The notes under the pieces are model-generated. The model was not told the DNA's origin and did no database searches. It worked only from the letters and a program-made list of their open reading frames with translations. The translations under genes and the position numbers were made by a program. A DNA stretch of 64,000 bases. It comes from Minisyncoccota bacterium. GTDB taxonomy: Bacteria; Patescibacteriota; Minisyncoccia; Minisyncoccales; JAQTVQ01. Position 1 is the first letter of the stretch. Each line of letters starts with the position of its first letter. The stretch is from positions 13,516 to 77,515 of the forward strand of contig JBBABZ010000002.1 of the NCBI GenBank assembly GCA_041657385.1, in the 5' to 3' direction. This document shows, piece after piece, positions 9,329 through 17,465 of the stretch.

Positions 9329-9851
9329 ATCTTTGCTTTACGTTTTGGTGTTAATTTTATCCGGGATGGCCGGTTATTATTTTTTTGCGGTTTTGGACAG
9401 TGTTCCAGTTAAGGAAGAAGGCAAAATTTTTTACAGTGTGGCGGAAGTGATAGACGGAGACACGATCAAAGTTGAAATAGACGGCAAGCTGGAAGCGATT
9501 AGGCTGATAGGGATTGATACGCCGGAAATCACCGGACCTTATAGGGAAGAGGGATGCTTCGGGCAGGAAGCTTCTTTAAAAACAAAAGATCTTCTAAACG
9601 GTAAAAAAGTTTCTTTAATTTCGGACTCTTCCGTTTCCGATAGGGATAAATACGGCCGGCTGTTGCGGTATGTTTTTTTGCCGGATGGGGAATTTATTAA
9701 CGCAGATCTGGTTAAAAACGGTTATGCCTTTAACTATGCTTACGAAAATTTTCAATATTTAAATTATTTTAACGGTTTGGAAAAGCAGGCCAAAGAAAGC
9801 CGTCTAGGCTTGTGGGGCAGCGAATGCGATTATTATTTTGAAACAAAATAG
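9303..9851 (+). CDS. Thermonuclease (staphylococcal nuclease, SNase) family protein with signal/anchor helix
   Basis: VIDGDTIKV...IRLIGIDTPE...GRLLRYVFL...NADLVKNGYA...A are SNase-family hallmark blocks. Confidence 0.85.
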   Translation: MRAKLKLNKSLLYVLVLILSGMAGYYFFAVLDSVPVKEEGKIFYSVAEVIDGDTIKVEIDGKLEAIRLIGIDTPEITGPYREEGCFGQEASLKTKDLLNGKKVSLISDSSVSDRDKYGRLLRYVFLPDGEFINADLVKNGYAFNYAYENFQYLNYFNGLEKQAKESRLGLWGSECDYYFETK

Positions 9852-9852
9852 C

Positions 9853-10545
9853 ATGTTTTTTAAGCAGGGATCAAAAAAAGAGAAAATCTTATTCTGGGTA
9901 AAAACTTTTTTTATTTTAGCCGCAACAGGAACAGCGGTTTTTATCGCGATGAATTTTGAAGTCGTGAATTTTTCTAAAAAATATTTGCATGCCGATTTTG
10001 ATTCTGCTTCGCCGGTACAAGCGGTAATGATATTGGGGGCGAAAGTCCGCGATGACGGCTCTTTGAGCGATATGTATAAAGACAGGGTAGACACAGCCAT
10101 AGAGGTTTATAGGTCTGATAAAGCTGGAAAAATTCTGGTTAGCGGCGATCACGGCCGCATTGAGTATGACGAGGTCAATGCGGCTAAAAAATATCTTTTA
10201 GAAAAAGGCATTCCCGCTGAAGATATTTTTTTGGACCATGCGGGGTTTGATACTTACGACAGCGTTTATCGGGCGCGCGATATTTTTCAAATTAAAACTT
10301 TAATAATATCAACCCAGAATTTCCATTTGCCCCGCGCAATTTATATTGCCAGGAAATTAGGGGTCGAAGCCTGGGGCGTCAGTGCCGACAAGCATACTTA
10401 CGGCAATGAACAATTTTACGAGACGCGCGAAGCGCTAGCTCGGGTTAAAGCCTGGCTGGATGTTTTTTCCCAAGCCAAGCCGAAGTTTTTAGGCGAGGCC
10501 ATACCGATCACCGGCGGCAGCCGGCCAAGCTGGGATGAAAAATAA
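9853..10545 (+). CDS. SanA/YdcF (DUF218) family protein
   Basis: N-terminal TM helix, then ILGAKV...DRVDTAIEVYRSDKAGKILVSGDHG...YDEVNAAKKYLLEKGIP...LDHAGFDTYDS. ATG 9853 immediately follows the nuclease stop; the ORF track opens at TTG 9838. Confidence 0.75.
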   Translation: MFFKQGSKKEKILFWVKTFFILAATGTAVFIAMNFEVVNFSKKYLHADFDSASPVQAVMILGAKVRDDGSLSDMYKDRVDTAIEVYRSDKAGKILVSGDHGRIEYDEVNAAKKYLLEKGIPAEDIFLDHAGFDTYDSVYRARDIFQIKTLIISTQNFHLPRAIYIARKLGVEAWGVSADKHTYGNEQFYETREALARVKAWLDVFSQAKPKFLGEAIPITGGSRPSWDEK

Positions 10546-10561
10546 GCAGGGTCTTTAAATT

Positions 10562-11869
10562 TTATTTGATCATCTCAAACTTCTTTTTTAAATTCATGAT
10601 GCGGTTGTAAGAGCCATCAATCGTTTTTTCGGATATCCGTCCGTCTTTTACGGCCTTGGCGATGATGTCAATCGTTTCGGAAGCAATATTTTCGTCATAA
10701 GAATCGTTGTTGTTTGAAAGGCCGATCAGGTCGCATCCGGCGTTTATCGCTCTGACCAGCGCGTCCTCGAATCCGTAATTTTTCGTTATGGCGCCCATCT
10801 GCATATCATCGGAAAAGATGACGCCTTGATAGCCGAGCTTGTTCCTTAGAATATTTTGCAGAAAAAGAGGAGAAAGCGTGGCCGGATAATCCGGGTCGAT
10901 GGAGGTATCCATTATGTGGGCGGTCATCACCATGTCGGCTTGATTTTGCTCGATGATCTTTTGAAAGGGGATAAGCTCTTTTTGCTGATAGGTTTTTGTG
11001 ACGTCGACCAGTCCAAGATGGCTGTCGTTTTGCGAGCTGCCGTGCCCCGGGAAATGTTTTATGACTGAGATGATGTTGTTCTCATGAAGGCCATCTATAA
11101 AGGCCAAAGCTTGGCTGGCAACTTTTTCCGGATCGTCCGAGAAAGACCTTTCCATTTTTCCGATGATCGGATTCTGGGGGTTTATATTTACGTCAACGAC
11201 CGGCGCGAGGTCGATATTGAACCCCAGCTGTTTAAGCTCTTTCCCAAGTTCGCTTGCCGTCTGCTGGGTTTTGGCAAGGTCGTTTTGCTCTCCTAATGTT
11301 TGGGCGCTGGGAAGATCGATAAAACCGTATTTTTCTTTCAGACGGTTGACCAGCCCGCCTTCGGCGTCAACAGCGATGAACAAGGGGGTCAGAGAGAAGC
11401 TTTGCAGATCGGTTATGAGTTGTTTGGTTTGGGCTGGGCTTGTGATATTCCTCGGAAAACTTTTTGAGGGATTGTCATAATCGAAAAGAACGACCCCGCC
11501 GAGGTTTAAATTTTTTATTTGATCGCCGATGACTGATTTTGCCGCGATCTTTGTGCCTCGGAATCCGACAATGAGCATTTGTCCGATCTTTTCTTTTAAG
11601 GCTTCATCTTGATCTTTATTCTGGTTTTGGTTTTTTTCTTCCGTTTTGTCCTGAACTGTTGTTTCGCTTTGATCTTGAACTTGTTTTTTGACCTGTTCAT
11701 TCTCCTGGATATTTTTTTCGGTCAGGTTTTCATTCTGTTCTTGAGTTTGGCTGTCATTATTCCCGTTTAGGTCTGTTTTTTGCGGAAAAAGAAAAAAAGC
11801 GGCTGCTCCTGCTATAAATAAAAAAGCCAGGGCAATAATAATTTTGTTTTTTATTAAGAGATTTTGCAT
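10562..11869 (-). CDS. Glycoside hydrolase family 3 N-terminal-domain protein (NagZ-like beta-N-acetylhexosaminidase), membrane anchored
   Basis: KHFPGHG motif, the DLAPVVDV block, and a TM helix plus Q/E/N-rich linker at the N terminus. Confidence 0.8.
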   Translation of the reverse strand: MQNLLIKNKIIIALAFLFIAGAAAFFLFPQKTDLNGNNDSQTQEQNENLTEKNIQENEQVKKQVQDQSETTVQDKTEEKNQNQNKDQDEALKEKIGQMLIVGFRGTKIAAKSVIGDQIKNLNLGGVVLFDYDNPSKSFPRNITSPAQTKQLITDLQSFSLTPLFIAVDAEGGLVNRLKEKYGFIDLPSAQTLGEQNDLAKTQQTASELGKELKQLGFNIDLAPVVDVNINPQNPIIGKMERSFSDDPEKVASQALAFIDGLHENNIISVIKHFPGHGSSQNDSHLGLVDVTKTYQQKELIPFQKIIEQNQADMVMTAHIMDTSIDPDYPATLSPLFLQNILRNKLGYQGVIFSDDMQMGAITKNYGFEDALVRAINAGCDLIGLSNNNDSYDENIASETIDIIAKAVKDGRISEKTIDGSYNRIMNLKKKFEMIK

Positions 11870-11942
11870 AAGTAAATAATATCATAAAGGCATTTAATCA
11901 AAAAAGGTTTTTCTGGTAGAATATGACCAATAAAAATAAGCG

Positions 11943-12030
11943 AGGAATTAACTTGTAGCTTGTATCACTCCCTTAGAGGAATTATTGGTAGAAATAGTTC
12001 GTCGCCCTACAAGCTAAGAAGCTAATTCCT
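11943..12030. repeat. Imperfect inverted repeat (about 22-bp arms, 43-nt loop) in a divergent intergenic region
   Basis: aggaattaacttgtagcttgta (11943-11964) against tacaagctaagaagctaattcct (12008-12030). Confidence 0.5.
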
Positions 12031-12049
12031 ACAAGCCAAATAAAAATAT

Positions 12050-12526
12050 ATGGCAATGACAAACCAACAACTTTGCTGTCCGAAGTTCGATCCGCAGGTT
12101 TGGGATGGCAAAGAATTTAATTGGGACAATAAGCTGTTCTTAAAAGACCGCGTTTTAAGCGTTTTTCATATGCCGCTTAATTTTGGACAGGTAATCGTTA
12201 AAAATATGGAAAAGATCGGCAAGGCCGGAGCGCAAAATATCGATAATTTGATGATTTCCGATGAAAATTCGATGTGGGGCTCGGATGTTTATATCGCCGT
12301 CGATAAAGATGTGCCCAGCGCGAAAATGGCAAAAATCTCGGGAACTTTTCTGGCCAAGGTTTTTGAGGGGGAATATAGGGAGATTGGTAACTGGATAAAA
12401 CAGATGGAAGAGTTCGTAGTATCAAAGGGCAAGGCTTCCAAAAAATTATATTTTTACTATACGACTTGTCCCAAGTGCGCCAAGATTTACGGGAAAAATT
12501 ATGTCGTTTTATTGGCCGAAATATAA
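12050..12526 (+). CDS. Conserved hypothetical protein (CPKFDP...W..K..W, C-terminal TCPKCAK..GKNY motif)
   Basis: Clean 158-aa ORF with coding-like composition. No function is recognised with confidence. Confidence 0.55.
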   Translation: MAMTNQQLCCPKFDPQVWDGKEFNWDNKLFLKDRVLSVFHMPLNFGQVIVKNMEKIGKAGAQNIDNLMISDENSMWGSDVYIAVDKDVPSAKMAKISGTFLAKVFEGEYREIGNWIKQMEEFVVSKGKASKKLYFYYTTCPKCAKIYGKNYVVLLAEI

Positions 12527-12558
12527 AATGATAACTAAAATTAAATAGATTTAAATTT

Positions 12559-12864
12559 ATGGTTCACGATTTCATAGATTTTATCCGCAAACAGGGAGTA
12601 GTGGGGCTGGCCGTCGGTTTTATCCTTGGCGGCGCGATCTCTAAATTGGTTTCAGCCATTGTTACAGACCTTATCAATCCTTTGCTCGGAGTATTCCTTG
12701 GCAAGGCGGGCGAGCTTAAGTCGGCTTATCTGGCCATCGGTCCAGCCAAGATCATGTGGGGCGATTTCCTTGCAGTCTTGATAGACTTTTTAGTAATCGC
12801 CTTTGTTGTCTATTTCGGCGTTAAGGTTTTGGGGCTAGATAAGCTCGATAAACCGAAACAATAA
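12559..12864 (+). CDS. mscL: Large-conductance mechanosensitive channel MscL (short form)
   Basis: FIRKQGVVGLAVGFILGGAISKLVSAIVTDLINPLLG is the conserved MscL TM1 region; a second TM helix follows. Confidence 0.85.
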   Translation: MVHDFIDFIRKQGVVGLAVGFILGGAISKLVSAIVTDLINPLLGVFLGKAGELKSAYLAIGPAKIMWGDFLAVLIDFLVIAFVVYFGVKVLGLDKLDKPKQ

Positions 12865-12883
12865 AAATTTAATATCTATAATT

Positions 12884-13759
12884 ATGGAAAAAATCGGCAT
12901 TGTTACGGAATCAACAGCGGATTTGCCGCTGGACATAATAGAAAAAAATAAGATCGCGATCGTGCCGGTCAAATTGGATTGGCCCGACGTCGAAGCTTTG
13001 CCTGGAGAAAATACTTTTCAAAAAATGAGGGAGGCCGAGAAACGGGGAATAAAAAGTTTTGGAAAAACTTCCCAGCCCAGCCCTAAAGATTATTTGGACC
13101 AGTATAGGCGCCAATTGGCTGAGTTTAAAGAGGTGATTTGCGTAAGCCTTAGCTCCAAGTTTTCTGGCAGTTATAACTCGGCCATCCAGGCTAGAAATTT
13201 TTTAAAGCCCGAAGAGCAAAAGAGGATTTTTAACATTGATTCTCTTACTGTTAGCGGCGGCCAAGGCTTGGCGGTTTTAAAAGCAGCGGAATTGGCCGGG
13301 CAAGGAAAAAATATCGGGGAGGTAATGGAGGAGTTGAAGGAAACCGTAAAACATATTCAATTTTTTGTTATTTTGGAAGACTATAAATGGTTGGAAGCCA
13401 GCGGCCGGATCTCTCGTTTGGCCGCCGTTATTTTAAAGAGAATGGCCAAGTCGGGATTAAGGCCTCTCTTAACAATAAGAAAAGGAAAATTGGTGCCGGC
13501 GGGAATAAAAAACAATGCAAAAGACTTCCCAAATGTCCTTTTCGAACAACTTAAAAGAGGAATCAAAGAAAGAAAATTCGATAAAAAGATTAAAGTGGCT
13601 ATCGTCCACGGGGACGATCTTTCGGGAGCTAAAAAATTAAAAGAAATAGCAGAGAGAGATATTAAAGGAGTGGAAATAGTTTTTTTGAATTTAGTCAACG
13701 ATGTCGTCGGTATTGTTGCCGGGCCGAATGCCATGGCCATCGCCTGGATGGAAGATTGA
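12884..13759 (+). CDS. DegV family fatty-acid-binding protein
   Basis: IGIVTESTADLP N terminus, TSQPSP motif and a length of about 290 aa. Confidence 0.85.
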   Translation: MEKIGIVTESTADLPLDIIEKNKIAIVPVKLDWPDVEALPGENTFQKMREAEKRGIKSFGKTSQPSPKDYLDQYRRQLAEFKEVICVSLSSKFSGSYNSAIQARNFLKPEEQKRIFNIDSLTVSGGQGLAVLKAAELAGQGKNIGEVMEELKETVKHIQFFVILEDYKWLEASGRISRLAAVILKRMAKSGLRPLLTIRKGKLVPAGIKNNAKDFPNVLFEQLKRGIKERKFDKKIKVAIVHGDDLSGAKKLKEIAERDIKGVEIVFLNLVNDVVGIVAGPNAMAIAWMED

Positions 13760-13834
13760 TTTTCAAATTTTTTGGGAACAGCAGTGGAAAGACAAGCTTA
13801 CTTATTTTTCGGATTTGTAATATAATTATCTTAT

Positions 13835-14098
13835 ATGAAAATAAAAGTTTTGGGATCAAGCCAGTCTTCATGCGACGGATTATATGAAGCGGTTAAGCAA
13901 GCTGTTGAGATCGGGGAGAATAAAGCCGATCTTGAATATATAACAGACATACCGACTATTACTTTAATGGGCATTGTCAAAATGCCGGCAATATTAGTTG
14001 ATAATAAAATAATCATTTCGGGATGCAATCCTAGCCCCGAAGAAGTGAGGGAAATACTGTCTCCGTTTTTATTTATAGGGCCATGGAGGGAGTCTTAG
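13835..14098 (+). CDS. Thioredoxin_3/MTH895-like small thioredoxin-fold protein lacking the CxxC dithiol
   Basis: MKIKVLG....C..LYEAVKQAV...MPAILVDNKIIISG layout matches the family, but the usual G-C-x-x-C is SSQSSC (a single Cys). Confidence 0.6.
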   Translation: MKIKVLGSSQSSCDGLYEAVKQAVEIGENKADLEYITDIPTITLMGIVKMPAILVDNKIIISGCNPSPEEVREILSPFLFIGPWRES

Positions 14099-14136
14099 CC
14101 ATTGATAGAGAGAAGAGGCGTCAAGGAGAAAGCAGC

Positions 14137-14171
14137 CCCCGCATGGAGTATTTTGTTCTATGCGGGGTTTT
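14137..14171 (+). terminator. Rho-independent terminator
   Basis: ccccgcat ... atgcgggg stem followed by tttt. Confidence 0.65.
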
Positions 14172-14203
14172 GATATAATAAAGATGTAATTTTGAAAAAT
14201 ATT

Positions 14204-14698
14204 ATGGAAAAAATGCAAAATAAATTAAGTCTCTTGGTTTTTGTCGGCGTCGTTGGGGCCGTAGAGTTTATTGGTTCTTTTCTCACTATTCAAGCAGTGA
14301 TGAATTGGTATCCGGAGTTGATCAAGCCATCTTTTAACCCGCCCAATTGGCTGTTTGCCCCGGTTTGGTCTATCCTTTATATATTGATAGCCCTATTGAT
14401 AGCCCTATCAGGGTGGCTGGTTTGGGCCAAGCGCGAAGAAAATAAAGGAGCTGTTGATGCCGCTTTGACAATTTATACGATCCAGCTTTTTTTAAACGTA
14501 GCCTGGTCTTATCTTTTTTTCTGGCTGAATTCTCCGGTTATGGGATTAATCGGCATAATCGCTTTATGGGCAGCTATTGTTTGGAATATGGCCAGTTTTT
14601 ACAGAATATCAAAAAAAGCTTTTTATCTATTTGTTCCGTATGTAATTTGGGTAAGCTTTGCGGCCATTCTTAATTTTGCCATCTGGCAGCTGAACTAG
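14204..14698 (+). CDS. tspO: TspO/MBR tryptophan-rich sensory protein
   Basis: KPSFNPPNWLFAPVWSILY motif and five TM helices. ATG 14204; the ORF track opens at TTG 14192. Confidence 0.85.
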   Translation: MEKMQNKLSLLVFVGVVGAVEFIGSFLTIQAVMNWYPELIKPSFNPPNWLFAPVWSILYILIALLIALSGWLVWAKREENKGAVDAALTIYTIQLFLNVAWSYLFFWLNSPVMGLIGIIALWAAIVWNMASFYRISKKAFYLFVPYVIWVSFAAILNFAIWQLN

Positions 14699-14705
14699 CT
14701 TGCTT

Positions 14706-14745
14706 TGCCCGCCGAAGCCCCGCAAGCGTGCGGGGCGAAGGAGGG
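14706..14745. repeat. GC-rich hairpin element (gccccgca-agcg-tgcggggc core flanked by ccgaag/cgaagg)
   Basis: An 8-bp GC stem seen directly in an otherwise AT-rich spacer. It shares the ggcgaagg-type motif with the other GC-rich repeats listed. Confidence 0.55.
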
Positions 14746-14777
14746 TAGCTTGTATAAATCCTTGTAGGAAAAACTGT

Positions 14778-15209
14778 ATGAAAAACAACCATCCTGTTCA
14801 TAATTGTAAAGCCATCGTATTTAACTGTATCGATTGGCGGTTGCACCTTGATGCGGAAAAATATTTTCAGAAAAAATATAAAACTTTTGATCTTTTTTAT
14901 ACAGCTGGTTCGGTTAAGGGTTTACTGGAAAAAGAAACGCAGGCATTCTTTTTGAAGCAGATTGAAATTTCCAAGAGGTTGCATAACTCCAAGATCGTTG
15001 CGCTGACCGCCCATCATGATTGCGGAGCTTTCGGCGGCATGGCTAATTTTAAGGACGAGAAAGAAGAATTTTCTTATTATCAAGAAATTTTAAAAAAAGC
15101 TCAAGATATTGTTTTGGAAAATTTTCCAAATGCCAAAGTAGAAAAATATTTTATCGGTTTGAAACCGTCTGGAAAGTCATGGAAGGTAACAGTTAAAAAG
15201 ATCAAATAA
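14778..15209 (+). CDS. Small protein with beta-carbonic-anhydrase-like metal-site motifs
   Basis: C-I-D-W-R (CxDxR) and H-H-D-C-G (HxxC) motifs at beta-CA-like spacing, in only about 143 aa. The start is taken at ATG 14778, because 14700-14777 is the repeat element. Confidence 0.45.
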   Translation: MKNNHPVHNCKAIVFNCIDWRLHLDAEKYFQKKYKTFDLFYTAGSVKGLLEKETQAFFLKQIEISKRLHNSKIVALTAHHDCGAFGGMANFKDEKEEFSYYQEILKKAQDIVLENFPNAKVEKYFIGLKPSGKSWKVTVKKIK

Positions 15210-15210
15210 A

Positions 15211-15435
15211 ATGCTGATCAAAGTAAGGGTTTTCCCCTGCGCTAGAGAGGAAGAGATCATTGCTAAAAGCCAAGACAGCTTTGATATTAGGATAAAAGAA
15301 AAACCTCAAATGGGACAAGCGAATAAAGGAGTTATCAGGGTTTTAGCTGGGTATTTTAAAGTTCCGGAAGCAAGAGTGAGAATCATTAAGGGTTTCCGCG
15401 AGCCGGGGAAAATTATAGAGATAAAAAATCTTTGA
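15211..15435 (+). CDS. DUF167/YggU family protein
   Basis: ...KEKPQMGQANKGVIRVLAGYFKVPEARVRIIKG....K.IEI matches the G-x-AN ... G-x-x-x-x-K pattern of DUF167. Confidence 0.7.
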   Translation: MLIKVRVFPCAREEEIIAKSQDSFDIRIKEKPQMGQANKGVIRVLAGYFKVPEARVRIIKGFREPGKIIEIKNL

Positions 15436-15453
15436 TATTTAAACTTAAAAAAT

Positions 15454-16323
15454 ATGGCAGTCTCCAAAAATATAAAGGTAAGCGTTGCCATTTTTTTAAT
15501 TGCGGTTGCGGCCGCCGGAGCGTTATTTTGTTGGCAGAATTTTTTTCCGGCAAAACAGGGAGGGCAGAATAACGGCTTTTCCAATCTAAAAGTTATTACG
15601 AAAAATAATTTTTTAGAAGTGACAGCGCCGGAACCGTATCAAAAAATAACCAGTCCGGTTTCTGTTTCTGGAAATTCTAATTTTTTCGAAACAAACACCC
15701 GGATAATAGTTAAAGATGAGGCCGGAAAAATTTTAGCTGATACCTTTACTAATGCCAACGGCTGGATGGACAAGCTTTATCCTTTTTTGGCTAATGTTTT
15801 TTATAACGCGCCTTCTTCTCCAAGAGGGGTTATTGAGGTGTTTGAAAATTCGGCCAAGGACGGCAGTGAACAGAACAAGATCAGCATTCCGGTAATTTTT
15901 AGCGATTACCAGCTTGATCCGCAAAAATCAAAGATTGATCTTTATTACTACAATAAAATCAAAGATCAAGAATTAGATCCGGCCATAGGTTGCAGTAAAG
16001 ACGCGGTTTTACCCGTGGAAAGGGAGGTTGGAATAACGAAAACGCCGATTCAGGACGCAGTTGATCTTTTATTGAAAGGCGGATTAACGGAGAGCGAAAA
16101 ACAAGAGGGCTTTTTTACAGAGTTTCCTTTGGAAGGATTTTCTTTAAAGGGGGCGAACTTAAAGAACGGTTTGTTAACCTTGGAATTTGAAGATAATGGA
16201 AATAAAACTACGGGAGGTTCTTGCCGGGTCGGTTTGCTTTGGGCCCAAATCGAAAAAACCGTTAAACAATTTCCGGGGGTCGATAGCGTTTCTTTTCAGC
16301 CGGATACTTTATTCCAGCCTTAA
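15454..16323 (+). CDS. Secreted Gmad2 Ig-like plus GerMN domain protein
   Basis: Signal/anchor helix, ITSPVSVSGNSNFFETNTRIIVKD (Gmad2-like), and a C-terminal GerMN-like half (LYYYN...VLPVEREV...). Confidence 0.6.
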   Translation: MAVSKNIKVSVAIFLIAVAAAGALFCWQNFFPAKQGGQNNGFSNLKVITKNNFLEVTAPEPYQKITSPVSVSGNSNFFETNTRIIVKDEAGKILADTFTNANGWMDKLYPFLANVFYNAPSSPRGVIEVFENSAKDGSEQNKISIPVIFSDYQLDPQKSKIDLYYYNKIKDQELDPAIGCSKDAVLPVEREVGITKTPIQDAVDLLLKGGLTESEKQEGFFTEFPLEGFSLKGANLKNGLLTLEFEDNGNKTTGGSCRVGLLWAQIEKTVKQFPGVDSVSFQPDTLFQP

Positions 16324-16400
16324 TTTTGAGGCCGGCGCAAGCAGAAGATTAAACAAGTTTTTTACAGCGATAGAGCCTGCCTGCCAGCAGGGAGGGAAGG

Positions 16401-16427
16401 CCCCGCCAGTTTCTGCGGGGTATTTTA
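16401..16427 (+). terminator. Rho-independent terminator
   Basis: ccccgc-cagtttct-gcgggg followed by tatttta. Confidence 0.6.
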
Positions 16428-16454
16428 TTCAAAATTCCCAACTTATATAACAAG

Positions 16455-16483
16455 GTGAAAATTCGGAGATAATCTGGTATAAT
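16455..16483 (+). promoter_or_regulatory. Extended -10 promoter of the hydrogenase operon (GTGAAA-N17-TGgTATAAT)
   Basis: TATAAT at 16478-16483, preceded by TG at 16475-16476. The ATG of the first gene (16491) begins 8 nt after the -10 hexamer. Confidence 0.5.
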
Positions 16484-16490
16484 ATTTTAT

Positions 16491-17465
16491 ATGATTATTG
16501 AACAGCTAAAACAATCCGGCCTGAAAGGGCGCGGCGGAGCTGGTTTTCCCACCGGTTTAAAATGGGAAGCGGTCAAAAACGCTAAAGCGGATAAAAAATA
16601 CATCATTTGCAATGCTTCAGAGGGAGAACCAGGCGTTTTTAAAGATTTTTTTCTTTTAAAAAAATACCCCGAAGAAGTGGTTAAGGGAATTGAAATAGCC
16701 TTGAGAGAGATCGATAACAGTTCGGCTTATATTTTTCTTAATCCGAAGTATTTTCCAAAGCTTGAAAGAAGATTAAAAAAAATAATAGGAGATCTTCCGA
16801 TAGTTTTGTTTAAAAAACCGCACGGATACGTTTGCGGAGAAGAAAGCACTCTTTTGAATGTTATTGAAGGCAAGCCTAAACTGCCTCGTTTAAAACCTCC
16901 TTTTCCAACCGAAAAAGGCTTGTGGGACCGGCCGACTTTAATTAATAATGTTGAAACTTTTTACCAGGCTGCCCAGATAGCGCAAGGAAAATATCAAGCT
17001 GACCGTTTCTATACATTAGGAGGCAAGATCAAGAAAAGGGGAGTTTTTAGGCTTCCTGAAAATTTAGCCATAAAACAAATTTTGGAGCAGACCGGAAATT
17101 GGCCGAATTTTGATTTTTTTGTCCAATCCGGGGGAGGAATGAGCGGGGAAATTTTAACCTTGGAAGAGCTGGAAAGACCGGCTGGCGGAGCCGGATCAAT
17201 CATCATCCATAGAAAATCAACCGATCCTATGAAATTGATGAGGCAATGGGCTAATTTTTTTATGAATGAAAGCTGCGGGCAGTGCGTTCCTTGCCGTGAA
17301 GGGACTTTTCGCCTTAATGAGGTCTTGAAGAAAAAGAATTTTGACCAAGAGACGGTAAACGACCTTTTATTCGTCTTGGGAGAAACCAGTCTTTGCCCTT
17401 TAGGCAGGGGAGCAGCAGTGCCTTTTATCGGTTATTTAAATAAAATTTATGCCAGAAAAAATTAA
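16491..17465 (+). CDS. NuoF/HydB-like FMN- and [4Fe-4S]-binding NADH dehydrogenase core subunit (minimal, 324 aa)
   Basis: GLKGRGGAGFPTGLKW, NASEGEPGVFKD, YVCGEESTLLN, and ESCGQCVPCREG plus a downstream C (N3-type cluster). N- and C-terminal accessory Fe-S domains are absent. Confidence 0.8.
   Translation: MIIEQLKQSGLKGRGGAGFPTGLKWEAVKNAKADKKYIICNASEGEPGVFKDFFLLKKYPEEVVKGIEIALREIDNSSAYIFLNPKYFPKLERRLKKIIGDLPIVLFKKPHGYVCGEESTLLNVIEGKPKLPRLKPPFPTEKGLWDRPTLINNVETFYQAAQIAQGKYQADRFYTLGGKIKKRGVFRLPENLAIKQILEQTGNWPNFDFFVQSGGGMSGEILTLEELERPAGGAGSIIIHRKSTDPMKLMRQWANFFMNESCGQCVPCREGTFRLNEVLKKKNFDQETVNDLLFVLGETSLCPLGRGAAVPFIGYLNKIYARKN

Noticed and set aside
14700-14777. N-terminal extension (MLCPPKPRKRAGRRRVACINPCRKNC) of the CA-like ORF from a TTG start
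   Set aside because: The segment is the GC-rich hairpin repeat. An Arg/Pro-rich pseudo-peptide is the usual translation artefact of these repeats, and ATG 14778 gives a sensible start.
16187-16450. 87-aa ORF overlapping the end of the GerMN gene and the following terminator
   Set aside because: It is an alternative frame of a supported CDS and reads through the terminator hairpin.
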